NCBI RefSeq assembly: GCF_048403405.1
Contig: NZ_CP183129.1
DNA from: Escherichia coli
Lineage (GTDB): Bacteria > Pseudomonadota > Gammaproteobacteria > Enterobacterales > Enterobacteriaceae
DNA: 64,000 bases
Direction: 5' to 3' (one strand)
The notes below the pieces were generated by a model. It saw only the letters and a list, made by a program, of their open reading frames with translations, did not search any database and was not told where the DNA came from. Positions 42,067-51,925 of the stretch are shown piece by piece; within the stretch, counting starts at the first letter, position 1; every line of letters begins with the position of its first letter. Both the position numbers and the translations under genes were made by a program.

Positions 42067-44462
42067 ATCGCCCCTGCGGTGACGTCGCGCCCCGCGCCAG
42101 GCCCACGGATCACCAGAGGGTTATCGCGATACCAGCGGCTTTCGATGGCAAAGACGTTATCGCACGGCAGCAGTGATGCCAGCGGATGGTCTTCACGCAC
42201 CGCTTCCACGCCCACACGCGCTTTGCCATTGGCATCGAAACGCGCCACGTAGCGCAGCACCAGCCCCATTTCGCGGGCCGCTTCCAGCCGTTGCACCATC
42301 TGCTCGTTAAGTTCATCGCCGTTTTCAAAGAAATGGTCGATGCTACCACCTTCGCAATGGGCAGGCACCAGCGATTCCACGCGCACCTGATCTGGTTCGA
42401 TGTCGTAACCCGCTTCACGCGCCAGAATCACCAGCTTGCGCATCACGTCTTTGCCGGAAAGGTCATCACGCGGATCAGGCTCGGTTAAGCCCTGCTGCCA
42501 CGCCTGATCCACCAGCTCGGTAAACGGCACGCTACCGTCGAATTGCAGGAACAGCCAGGAGAGCGTGCCGGAGAAGATCCCACTGATCGACAAAATAGTA
42601 TCGCCGCTGTCGATCAGATCGCGCACGGTATGGTTGATCGGCAAGCCCGCACCGACGGTGGCGTTGTACAGCCAGTGACGCCCGGTTTTTTCGAAGGCGT
42701 CGTGGATCTGGCGATATTTATTGCTGTCGCTGGCTCCCGCCAGTTTGTTGGCGCTGATGACGTGGAAACCGTGGCTGGCAAAATCGAGATACTGATCAGC
42801 AAGCTGCTGGCTGGCGGTAACGTCCAACACCACTAAATCATCATACGGATGGGCGCGCATCCACAGGAACAGCGACTCTTCATCCTGCTCGACCGCTTCA
42901 TCGTTGAAGAAGGCTAACGCGCGGCTGGCGTCCAGCCCGTCATAACTCAACAGGCTACGGCGGCTGTCCACCACGCCTGCCAGCACAAATTCAAAGCCGG
43001 TACGCGCCGAGAGCGTGCTCTGCTCACGGGCGAACAGTTCCAGCCAGCGGGAACCGATATTGCCCTTGCCGAACAATACCAGGCCGATGCGTTTTTCTGC
43101 GCGGAAGACGGACTGATGCAGCCCCTGAATCAGGCTTTCGGTCGGTCCGGTGCGCAGTACTGCCACCAGGCTGATGCCGTCATCCGACTGCCAGGTAAAT
43201 TCGACCGGCTGGCCTTTCAGTTGCTGCCAGAAGCGGTGGCAATGCAGCGGGTTACGGGTTACGCCCGCCCCAACCATCGCCACCAGCGCCAGCCCCTGAC
43301 GCAGGCGCAGTTCGCCAGGTAATCCCGCTTCGTCGAGGATTTTCAGCGCACTGTCGGCCACTTCTGAGGTGTAGCAAAATTGCAGCAACTGGCGATCGTT
43401 ATGTACGCCAACCGCCAGTGGGCGCACCTGAGCACGTTTCAGGATCTGGTCGATCTCTTTATGCGCCAGTTTGAAATCCTGGCTGGTGGGCACCTGAAAC
43501 TCAATCAAGCAGACATCATCGTGGCTGGTGACAATACGCGCACCAGTACCGGAGGCCAGCACGCGTTCAATGCGCGTGGAACCTTGATCCGGCGTGTAGC
43601 TACAGCGCAGCTGCAGGTCAATTTCGCTGCCAGAAACCGGCTGTAAAGTACGGGCGTGAAGAACGGGAGCCGCCAGACGCGCCAGTTCGCTGGCCTCATC
43701 CAGACGCAGCAACGGCAGCAGGCAGGCATCTTTCACTTTACGCGGGTCGGCACTGTATACCCCGGCGACGTCGCTCCAGATGGTGACGCGAGAAACACCC
43801 GCCAGCGCACCGATTTGTGTCGCGGAATAGTCGGAACCGTTACGCCCCAGCAGCACCGTTTCACCGGCGTTGTTACGGCTGATAAACCCGGTCACCACCA
43901 GACGTTTGCCCGGATGTTGCACCAGTAGCTGTTGCAGCAACGGGTAAGAAAGCCCTTCATCAACCTGCGGTTGCGCAGCGCGTTCAGCGCGTAAAAACTC
44001 GCGGGCATCCAGCCAGGCCGCTGGCAGCCCTTGTTGATTAAGTACCGCAGACATCAGGCGCGCCGACCACACTTCGCCGTGGCCCACCACTTCCGCATAC
44101 ACCGCGTCGTTAATACCGCTGTCGAGCAGCGCCGCCAGGCGTTCCAGATCGCTGACAAAAGCGCTAATGAGGCTATCGGCTTCTTCGGCGGGTAACAGGC
44201 CGCTAATCAGATCGCACTGATAGCGACGCAGCGTTTGTTGAACCTGATGCGCAGAGAGACGATCGGTCTGGCTTAGTTTCAACCAGTTAATCAACTGGTT
44301 AGTGGTGCTACCGGCGGCGGAAACCACCATCATATCGTCAGGCTGAGAGTACTCCGCCATAATGCCCGCGACACGCAAATAACACTTCACATCAGCCAGA
44401 CTACTGCCACCAAATTTATGCAGTTGACGACCTTTCGCCCCTGCCTGCGCAATCACACTCAT
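42030..44462 (-). CDS. metL: bifunctional aspartokinase II / homoserine dehydrogenase II
   Basis: 810-aa ORF; metB-metL operon arrangement. Confidence 0.9.
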   Translation of the reverse strand: MSVIAQAGAKGRQLHKFGGSSLADVKCYLRVAGIMAEYSQPDDMMVVSAAGSTTNQLINWLKLSQTDRLSAHQVQQTLRRYQCDLISGLLPAEEADSLISAFVSDLERLAALLDSGINDAVYAEVVGHGEVWSARLMSAVLNQQGLPAAWLDAREFLRAERAAQPQVDEGLSYPLLQQLLVQHPGKRLVVTGFISRNNAGETVLLGRNGSDYSATQIGALAGVSRVTIWSDVAGVYSADPRKVKDACLLPLLRLDEASELARLAAPVLHARTLQPVSGSEIDLQLRCSYTPDQGSTRIERVLASGTGARIVTSHDDVCLIEFQVPTSQDFKLAHKEIDQILKRAQVRPLAVGVHNDRQLLQFCYTSEVADSALKILDEAGLPGELRLRQGLALVAMVGAGVTRNPLHCHRFWQQLKGQPVEFTWQSDDGISLVAVLRTGPTESLIQGLHQSVFRAEKRIGLVLFGKGNIGSRWLELFAREQSTLSARTGFEFVLAGVVDSRRSLLSYDGLDASRALAFFNDEAVEQDEESLFLWMRAHPYDDLVVLDVTASQQLADQYLDFASHGFHVISANKLAGASDSNKYRQIHDAFEKTGRHWLYNATVGAGLPINHTVRDLIDSGDTILSISGIFSGTLSWLFLQFDGSVPFTELVDQAWQQGLTEPDPRDDLSGKDVMRKLVILAREAGYDIEPDQVRVESLVPAHCEGGSIDHFFENGDELNEQMVQRLEAAREMGLVLRYVARFDANGKARVGVEAVREDHPLASLLPCDNVFAIESRWYRDNPLVIRGPGAGRDVTAGAIQSDINRLAQLL

Positions 44463-44464
44463 TT

Positions 44465-45625
44465 TTACCCCTTGTTTGCAGCCCGGAAGCCATTTTCCAG
44501 GTCGGCAATTAAATCTTCGCCATCTTCAATACCGGTGGAGATACGCAGCAGCGTCTCTGAGATCCCGGCGGCAGCACGCGCTTCTGGTGCCATGCCTGCA
44601 TGTGTCATGGTTGCGGCGTGAGAGATTAAACTTTCCACTCCCCCTAATGATTCCGCCAGCGTAAACAACGACAGCCCGCCCAGGAAACGACGCAGCGTCT
44701 GCTCATCGCCATCCAGTTCAAAACTCAACATTGCGCCAAAGCCTTTTTGCTGGCGCGCGGCAATTTCATGCCCCTGATTTTCCGGCAGCGACGGGTGATA
44801 CAGTTTTTTCACCAACGGCTGGGTTTGCAGATATTTCACAATCGCCTGCGCGTTGCGCTGGGCCAGCTCCATACGCGGCACCAGAGTTCGCAAACCGCGT
44901 AGCAGCAGATAGCTGTCAAACGCGCCGCCCGTCACGCCAATATTGTTTGCCCACCAGGCCAGTTCGGTGACAACGTCCGGATCTTTAGCAATCACCACGC
45001 CGGCCACCACGTCTGAGTGACCGTTCAGATATTTCGTGCATGAATGCAACACCAGATCGGCACCTAATGCCAGCGGATTTTGTAATGCCGGGCTTAAGAA
45101 GGTGTTATCCACCACACTCACCGCCCCGACTTCCCTTGCCAGATGGCAGATTTTCGCAATATCCACGACGCGTAACAATGGATTACTTGGGCTTTCTACC
45201 AGTATCAGTTTGGGGTTTTCTGCCAGCGCTGCCCGTAATGCCTGTTCATCGCCTTGATCAACAAACAACACGCGATAGCAACCGCGTTTCGCCAGGCTGT
45301 CGAACAGGCGATAGCTACCGCCGTAGCAGTCGTGCGGCGCAACCAGCAGATCGCCAGGTTTCAAAAAGACGGTCGTTACCAGGTGAATCGCGGACATGCC
45401 GGTATTAGTAAGTACGGCACCGGCACCGCCTTCCAGTTCTGCCAGCGCACGCTGAACCACATCGCGCGTTGGGTTGCCACGACGCGAGTAATCATGCGCG
45501 CGCGGTTCATTAAATCCGGTAAAGTTATAGGTGCTGGAAAGATGGATCGGTGGGACAACGCAACCATACTGTTCGTCGTCATTTAACCCGCTACGCACTG
45601 CGATGGTGGCCTGTTTACGCGTCAT
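44465..45625 (-). CDS. metB: cystathionine gamma-synthase
   Basis: ORF 44465..45802; internal start MTRKQATIAVRSGLNDDEQYG gives 386 aa; PLP enzyme. Confidence 0.9.
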   Translation of the reverse strand: MTRKQATIAVRSGLNDDEQYGCVVPPIHLSSTYNFTGFNEPRAHDYSRRGNPTRDVVQRALAELEGGAGAVLTNTGMSAIHLVTTVFLKPGDLLVAPHDCYGGSYRLFDSLAKRGCYRVLFVDQGDEQALRAALAENPKLILVESPSNPLLRVVDIAKICHLAREVGAVSVVDNTFLSPALQNPLALGADLVLHSCTKYLNGHSDVVAGVVIAKDPDVVTELAWWANNIGVTGGAFDSYLLLRGLRTLVPRMELAQRNAQAIVKYLQTQPLVKKLYHPSLPENQGHEIAARQQKGFGAMLSFELDGDEQTLRRFLGGLSLFTLAESLGGVESLISHAATMTHAGMAPEARAAAGISETLLRISTGIEDGEDLIADLENGFRAANKG

Positions 45626-45684
45626 GTGATGAAGTTCCCTGGGCTTGGTCGGTGAAATGTCAGGCACCAGAGTAAACATTGTGT

Positions 45685-45720
45685 TAATGGACGTCAATAC
45701 ATCTGGACATCTAAACTTCT
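45685..45720. promoter_or_regulatory. MetJ operator (met boxes) in the metB/metJ divergent control region
   Basis: TGGACGTCAATACATCTGGACATCTAAACTTCT contains tandem AGACGTCT-like 8-mers. Confidence 0.7.
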
Positions 45721-45901
45721 TTGCGTATAGATTGAGCAAATCCCAAATAGCCGTTAAAATTATATGCATTATCACGCCGACAGGTGCATTACACGATGTC
45801 ACGGTAACGCCTGTACGGTAAACTATGCGGGTTTACGGTCAGTACCCACATAAATTGTGTGGTCTGGTCTCAATTTATTGACGAAGAGGATTAAGTATCT
45901 C

Positions 45902-46219
45902 ATGGCTGAATGGAGCGGCGAATATATCAGCCCATACGCTGAGCACGGCAAGAAGAGTGAACAAGTCAAAAAGATTACGGTTTCCATTCCTCTTAAGGTG
46001 TTAAAAATCCTCACCGATGAACGCACGCGTCGTCAGGTGAACAACCTGCGTCACGCTACCAACAGCGAGCTGCTGTGCGAAGCGTTTCTGCATGCATTTA
46101 CCGGGCAACCTTTGCCGGATGATGCCGATCTGCGTAAAGAGCGCAGCGACGAAATCCCGGAAGCGGCAAAAGAGATCATGCGTGAGATGGGGATTAACCC
46201 GGAGACGTGGGAATACTAA
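45902..46219 (+). CDS. metJ: methionine repressor MetJ
   Basis: ORF 45857..46219; internal start [58 protein letters not shown] gives 105 aa. Confidence 0.9.
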
Positions 46220-46278
46220 AGCGGAAAAGAGCGGCGCGGAGTTAACCAGCCGCTTTTTTCATACATGGACGTTTAACG

Positions 46279-46887
46279 ATGAAAATCAGGCTACTGATCC
46301 TCAGCCTGCTGGTTTCTGTGCCTGCATTTGCCTGGCAACCACAAACCGGCGACATCATCTTTCAGATCTCTCGCTCATCGCAAAGTAAAGCGATCCAACT
46401 GGCGACCCATTCCGATTACAGCCACACCGGTATGCTGGTGATGCGTAACAAAAAGCCCTACGTTTTTGAAGCGGTCGGCCCGGTGAAATACACCCCGCTC
46501 AAGCAGTGGATTGCCCATGGTGAAAAGGGCAAATACGTTGTTCGCCGCGTTGAAGGCGGACTGAGTGTTAAACAACAGCAAAAACTGGCGCAAACGGCAA
46601 AACGTTATCTCGGCAAACCGTACGATTTCAGCTTCTCGTGGAGCGACGATCGCCAGTACTGTTCGGAAGTGGTGTGGAAGGTTTACCAGAATGCGCTGGG
46701 AATGCGCGTGGGCGAACAGCAGAAGCTGAAAGAGTTCGACCTGAGCAGCCCACAAGTTCAGGCAAAGCTCAAAGAACGTTACGGCAAGAATATTTCGCTT
46801 GAGGAAACGGTAGTTTCACCACAAGCCGTTTTCGATGCGCCACAACTCACCACGGTCGCCAAAGAGTGGCCGCTGTTTTCGTGGTAA
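46279..46887 (+). CDS. yiiX: YiiX (DUF830, permuted papain-fold hydrolase family)
   Basis: 202-aa ORF with signal peptide; K-12 synteny downstream of metJ. Confidence 0.8.
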   Translation: MKIRLLILSLLVSVPAFAWQPQTGDIIFQISRSSQSKAIQLATHSDYSHTGMLVMRNKKPYVFEAVGPVKYTPLKQWIAHGEKGKYVVRRVEGGLSVKQQQKLAQTAKRYLGKPYDFSFSWSDDRQYCSEVVWKVYQNALGMRVGEQQKLKEFDLSSPQVQAKLKERYGKNISLEETVVSPQAVFDAPQLTTVAKEWPLFSW

Positions 46888-46974
46888 TGGATGATGAAAA
46901 AAATAATTCCCGCCGTAGTCTGTTTGTTGCTTTGTAGTTGCACGACCTTTCCGCAAGCTGTCGCTCCGGTAAAC

Positions 46975-47738
46975 GGTGATGCCTCCAATTAGTTGAATTA
47001 AGGATATAATACTCGCTTTTAAGGTTGTTTCATGGTCACAGTTAACCTTCATTGTCCCCGTTGCCAGTCCGTTCAGGTTTACCGTCACGGGCAGAACCCC
47101 AAAAGACATGATCGATTCCGCGGCCGTGACTGTCACCGGGTATTTCAACTCAGTTACTGTTACGAGCCCCGTAAACCGGGAGTTAAAGACCAAATCGCTG
47201 AAATGGCTTTCAACGGTGCCGGGGTTCGCTATACTGCCCGTACGCTGAAAATCGGCATTAATACAGTCATCCGAACTTTAAAAAACTCTCGCCACGAAGA
47301 ATAACGTCATCCCCGGTCGCTCATGCTGATGTGGCACTCATCTGCGAACGTAGTCAGCAATGGAGCTTTGTCGGCAGTAAAGCGCGACAGCACTGGCTCT
47401 GGTACGTGTACAACACGAAAACTGGTGGTGTTCTGGCCTACACTTTTGGCCCCCGGACTGATGAAACCTGTCGTGAACTGCTGGCGCTGCTTACCCTTTT
47501 ACCATCGGCATGTTGACCACTGACGAATGGGGTAGTTACGCTAGAGAGTTACCAAAGGAGAAGCATCTGACTGGTAAGATTTTTACTCAGCACATTGAGC
47601 GTAACAATCTGACCCTGAGAACCCGAATCAAACGTCTGGCCCGCAGAACCATCTGTTTCTCGCGTTCTGTAGAACTTCATGAAAAAGTCATCGGTGCTTT
47701 TATCGAAAATATATGTTCTACTAATTGGAGTCATCACC
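46975..47738 (+). mobile_element. divergent IS1-family insertion sequence (about 764 bp)
   Basis: Terminal inverted repeats GGTGATGCCTCCAATTAG (46975) and CTAATTGGAGTCATCACC (ending 47738) resemble IS1 ends; the insA-like ORF (47032..47304) has the CPRC…C..C zinc ribbon; insB-like frames 47331..47516 and 47510..47824 are in different frames and one reads through the right IR. Confidence 0.75.
47032..47304 (+). CDS. insA: IS1-family InsA-like protein
   Basis: 90-aa ORF MVTVNLHCPRCQSVQVYRHGQNPKRHDRFRGRDCHRVFQ…NGAGVRYTARTLKIGINTVIRTLKN, clearly related to but divergent from K-12 InsA. Confidence 0.75.
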   Translation: MVTVNLHCPRCQSVQVYRHGQNPKRHDRFRGRDCHRVFQLSYCYEPRKPGVKDQIAEMAFNGAGVRYTARTLKIGINTVIRTLKNSRHEE

Positions 47739-47793
47739 CTTCTGATGAGCTTTCCTTGGATGATTACCAGACTGAATACACAGCCAAAGATTT

Positions 47794-48117
47794 TTACCTC
47801 ATTCTGCTCTTTTTTCTCAAATGACATATATTATATTTTACATCATATTCATAGGTATATGACATTCCCCCGCCCCCCATTATGTCATTGTGGGTTGATG
47901 TTGGGCTTTCATAAAAAAATACATCTTTTTTTGAACTAGCATTAATTATATTTACTTTATATATTAAAATATTTTCTCCATCTGGAAATATTTTAGCCAC
48001 ACAATATAAAGCAGCTAAATCCGAATTACTTAAAAATATATTGTCATCACTCATAACTCCAGCCATTAAATGACTGGAGACTAAAGCAAGGAAATAACAA
48101 CATTGTATTGCCTTCAT
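47794..48117 (-). CDS. putative immunity protein for the orphan Rhs C-terminal toxin
   Basis: Small AT-rich ORF starting one nucleotide after the orphan toxin stop (TAA-A-ATG, with GGGAG upstream); predicted start MKAIQCCYFLALVSSHLMAG is signal-peptide-like. Assigned by position only. Confidence 0.5.
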   Translation of the reverse strand: MKAIQCCYFLALVSSHLMAGVMSDDNIFLSNSDLAALYCVAKIFPDGENILIYKVNIINASSKKDVFFYESPTSTHNDIMGGGGMSYTYEYDVKYNICHLRKKSRMR

Positions 48118-48118
48118 T

Positions 48119-49378
48119 TTAATTACTCCCTTGCCTGATAATTGCAACTCCATTCCCTTTAGCTTTGGGATTATATTTTAGATAGGTGTTATTTGGTGTT
48201 CCCAAGTAACTACTGTATTCTTTTTTTCCCATTCCATTCATATAAGAATTCGTTAAATCTTTGCTTGAAAAATTTAGACTATCATAAACATCATTTTCTT
48301 TTGTTACTTTATTTCCTTTATCGTCAGAGTAAAAACCGTGAGTGTGATAATCACCTACTCTCTCTGAACCTTCAGGGCATTTTATATTTCGCAAGTCTAC
48401 ACTATCATTATCATTTGAACTTATCGGATTCATAGGGAAATATTCACCTTGCTTCTTACATATTAGTCCACCATATTCTTTATTCTTGTTAATTGATTCT
48501 CCATTACACATTGCCAATGCAAATATTCCAATATCATCTATATTTTTTGATTTAAATTCATATAATCCTAATGGATCCATGCCATTCACCGGGCTCAGCG
48601 GATATGTATACAGGTTCCATCCCCCCTTCAGCCCAATCGGATCCTGAGTGATATACCGCCCCTGCAGCGGGTCATAATAGCGGTGGCGGTTGTAATACAG
48701 GCCGGACTCCTCATCATACTGCTGACCCGGCAGGCGGATGAGCTGCTGCAGCTGATGCGGGTTCTCTTCATTCAGCTGGTTACCCCATTCATCGTATTCT
48801 GCGCACCATTCTGTTGCCCCTTCCGTGCTGACAAGCGCCAGCGGCAGGCCGCGATGGTCGCAGTGGTACAGGTGGATTTTTCGCGCCGGCGTGTACACCG
48901 GGTCCATCTGGTTTTGTATCTGCTCCACCGTCAGGCCGCACGATGCCAGCCAGCGGCGGCTTTCCTCGCTCACCCGGTCAGCCAGGATTTCACTTTCCAG
49001 CCGGTCGAGCATCTGCACCAGCACCGGCGGGAACACCACACTGCCACCGTCTTCACCGCCGGACTGCTGAAGCGCATCCGCCAGGCTGCGGCGCTGCGTT
49101 TTCGCCAGCTCACCGGTGGCAGTTTCAACTCTGATGAGTGGCGTGAAGCTCCCCGGCTGATAAACCGTCTGGATGCGGGTTCTGTCGTTCTGTATTGTGG
49201 TCAGCCGGTCGCCGTCCCAGCCGTACCAGGTCACTTCCGGTTTCCATGACAGCGACATCCAGCCCGTCAGGTCCCGTTCACGCCGCCATACCCGTTTTGC
49301 CACCCTGCGGCCCAGCAGGTCGTAAAGATAGCGACTTTCGACCAGCGGCTCTGCATATTGTGTCCGCGTGTAGTGCAC
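48119..49378 (-). CDS. orphan Rhs C-terminal module (core-end fragment plus alternative toxin tip)
   Basis: 419-aa ORF that begins inside rhs core sequence (…[30 protein letters not shown]…), passes the DPLGL demarcation and ends in an AT-rich unique tip (…[16 protein letters not shown]…). The track start is a GTG; core homology continues upstream to about 49620 with no ribosome-binding context. Confidence 0.85.
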   Translation of the reverse strand: MHYTRTQYAEPLVESRYLYDLLGRRVAKRVWRRERDLTGWMSLSWKPEVTWYGWDGDRLTTIQNDRTRIQTVYQPGSFTPLIRVETATGELAKTQRRSLADALQQSGGEDGGSVVFPPVLVQMLDRLESEILADRVSEESRRWLASCGLTVEQIQNQMDPVYTPARKIHLYHCDHRGLPLALVSTEGATEWCAEYDEWGNQLNEENPHQLQQLIRLPGQQYDEESGLYYNRHRYYDPLQGRYITQDPIGLKGGWNLYTYPLSPVNGMDPLGLYEFKSKNIDDIGIFALAMCNGESINKNKEYGGLICKKQGEYFPMNPISSNDNDSVDLRNIKCPEGSERVGDYHTHGFYSDDKGNKVTKENDVYDSLNFSSKDLTNSYMNGMGKKEYSSYLGTPNNTYLKYNPKAKGNGVAIIRQGSN

Positions 49379-49612
49379 CAGCCGGTGCCGGCTGTCGTAA
49401 TGGTACCGGTGAGTCCGCTCATCATCCGTGCGGATAACCCCTTCCGGGATGAGGTCGGTTTTCTCCGTCAGCCTGCCGTGACGGTCATACCGGTAAAGAT
49501 AGTGCGCGTCACGGGCGATACGGTTATCCGGCCATGCGCTGAGGGGGCTGTCCGGGTGCAGCTCCGGGTCGGGCAGGCGGTTGCCTGCCGGGTCCGTGGC
49601 ATACGGGATATC
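48612..49612. repeat. roughly 1 kb rhs core-end direct repeat (orphan copy)
   Basis: Near-identical to 52940..53940 (offset 4328 bp; only scattered mismatches by eye). Confidence 0.9.
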
Positions 49613-49654
49613 AATGCCCAGGTTACATATAATAATAAGAGCAATTAACTTAAT

Positions 49655-49981
49655 TTATTTGTTTATAATGCGCTTACTTAATACAAACCATTGAATATAC
49701 CCTCCTGACAGAAAATAAAGCCATATTATTATCGCCATAATATACTTACTATCAATCCTTACGCCAATAATGTCTGAAACAGTCCCTATAAATATTAGAG
49801 CAATAAAGAATACTATGCCTGTTGGAAAACAGATTACCATCATTCCATAAGACATGAGACTAATTAACTCGCTCACATCACGAGTGGAGTCTAATAGTGA
49901 AAGTCTATGCATGGAAAAGAATAGTATTAAAAGCGATAAAGCCAGCCATATAGCTCTGAATAAAAAAATAATATATTTCAT
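49655..49981 (-). CDS. small hypothetical membrane protein with three predicted TM helices
   Basis: 108-aa AT-rich ORF MKYIIFLFRAIWLALSLLILFF… inside the rhs island; function unknown. Confidence 0.45.
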   Translation of the reverse strand: MKYIIFLFRAIWLALSLLILFFSMHRLSLLDSTRDVSELISLMSYGMMVICFPTGIVFFIALIFIGTVSDIIGVRIDSKYIMAIIIWLYFLSGGYIQWFVLSKRIINK

Positions 49982-50085
49982 TACATCACTCCGGTGAATA
50001 CAAATCTAATAAAGCGTCCAATGTTATTTCCGGAGCACTTCATCTTACATGTTTCTAAAGAATCATTAGACCAGTCAGGGCAAGA

Positions 50086-51221
50086 TTACGAAAGCCCGCT
50101 CCCCGCAAGGACTGACGCGAGATAGTTTCTGTCCATGGCTGCTTTTCGCATCTTACGTCTTAACCCTGCCTTGAATACCTTATCATTCGTCAAAATATTA
50201 ATAGCAATGTGCCGTATCCCTGAAAATAATTCTGCTGCGTTTCCTCTTCTTATTTTGCAGTCGTCTTCATTCATTACCACGTCCAGACGCCAGTGCAGCT
50301 TATTCTCCACGTGCCAGTGGTTTCGGATTGCTGTGGCGAACTTCTCAGCGGTTAAATCAGCAGAGCTGATATAATATCTGACCGTCATTTCTGGCTCTTT
50401 CTTTTGTTCTGCTATTATTGACCGAAAGGAGACTGCCACGTATAATTTTTCAGTCCTTTCCATTCAAATGTAAAATCAATAAGTTCATCAGGGACATCGC
50501 AAACAATATGAAGACGGATTTCTTCTCTGCCGTGACTCTTTTCACTAATTGCGTAACTGTCATGCTCTGGATTAATTAATTCTTTCAGCGGAAATGTTTC
50601 CTCAAAGGCTTTATTCAGCCGCCCCTGGTTTCCTTTTACAGCGAATAAGTAATCACCACCCTGTTTTTGTATCTTCTCTGCAATATCTTTCTGGCAACCC
50701 ATCGCATCAGTTGTGATGATTTTCTCTTTAATATACAAAATGTTAAGAAGTTCAGGGATAGCTGTGATCTCATTAGATTTCTCATCCGTCCTGATCTGCC
50801 CCAGGACCAGAATGTGCATTGTTGAGAACGCACTAATGACATGAATCGCTCCCCTGCGGCGACTCTTGTCATAAGAATGCCGGAGTGTTTTTCCATCAAT
50901 TGCGATGACGTCTTTATCATCTGAAGTATGGCAATCTCGCATCCAGTTAATAAAGCACTCGTGAAATTTTGCAGGACTGATACAGGATACAACTCTGGCG
51001 ATGGTATCGTGAACAGGAATACCATTTTCAAAATCACCGTATTGTTTTAAAAAATCGAGATGTGTTTCCCCAAAATCCTCTATATCTTCCCAACCTTCTG
51101 CACCCGAAATAACGGCACAAATAGTCAACAGTAGAATATCCGATAATTTATGTTCCACTTTCCAGGCTTGTCTGTAATCGGGGATAATAGAAATATGCTC
51201 CATCAATTTTTTAAGTTCCAT
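50086..51221 (-). pseudogene. H-repeat-associated (ISAs1-family) transposase, split by a frameshift
   Basis: ORFs 50415..51221 (268 aa, [51 protein letters not shown]…) and 50086..50463 (125 aa, …[32 protein letters not shown]…) overlap in different frames and together resemble the roughly 378-aa K-12 H-rpt proteins. Confidence 0.7.
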
Positions 51222-51755
51222 TTTGTTCTCCTTAATTATGTAAGGAGTATTTGATCATGTATAAGCAATAAAAAACAGCTTTAGGTAATGAGGAATATCT
51301 CAATTTTCAAACATAAAATGCGAATTATTTAGTACAAAAAAGCAGCGTTACGTGATCTTTCCCTGGCATGTCATTAGATGAACCAGTTATACAACCCTCG
51401 GAACAGAATCGAGGTCCTAAAGACGGACCAAAAGCGTTTAAACAACTATGTATTGAAAATCCATTACGATTATAAGTTCCTGTATTAACTGACGGTACTA
51501 ATCGTATGCCGTCAGGTTTTCTATTGCTTGCTCCCGGGTCATTAACATTCCAACTCCATAGGCCTTGAGGTATTGGCCCTCTATTTATAAATGTGTACAA
51601 CGGGGATTATTTTTACATTGCATATTATTACCAGAAGCGACTGGAATACTAAGCACATCATAAAAATTATCATCACCTGGTATATCTGAAACACACGAAA
51701 GCATACCTAAAGTTATGCTGTATAAACAGGTGGCTAATCCCAAGGGGATCGATTC

Positions 51756-51925
51756 CAGAAATCGGGTTCAACGGATACTGATAAAAATTCCACCTACCTT
51801 CCAGCCCAATCGGAGCCTGAGTGTTATACCGCCCCTGCTGCGGTTAATGTTACCGATAATAGTTATAGTACAGCCCTGATTCATCATCATACTACTGCTG
51901 CGGCAGTCTGATGAATTATTGCTTT
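51756..51925. repeat. degenerate third copy of the rhs core-end segment
   Basis: CAACGGATACTGATAAAAATTCCACCTACCTTCCAGCCCAATCGGAGCCTGAGTGTTATACCGCCCCTG… aligns with the main core end at 52925-53090 with many substitutions and stops. Confidence 0.7.

Noticed and set aside
47794-48153. N-terminal extension ([12 protein letters not shown]…) of the orphan immunity ORF overlapping the toxin 3' end
   Set aside because: The internal Met (MKAIQ…) sits one nucleotide after the toxin stop with a GGGAG Shine-Dalgarno upstream; the longer start is probably an ORF-caller artefact.
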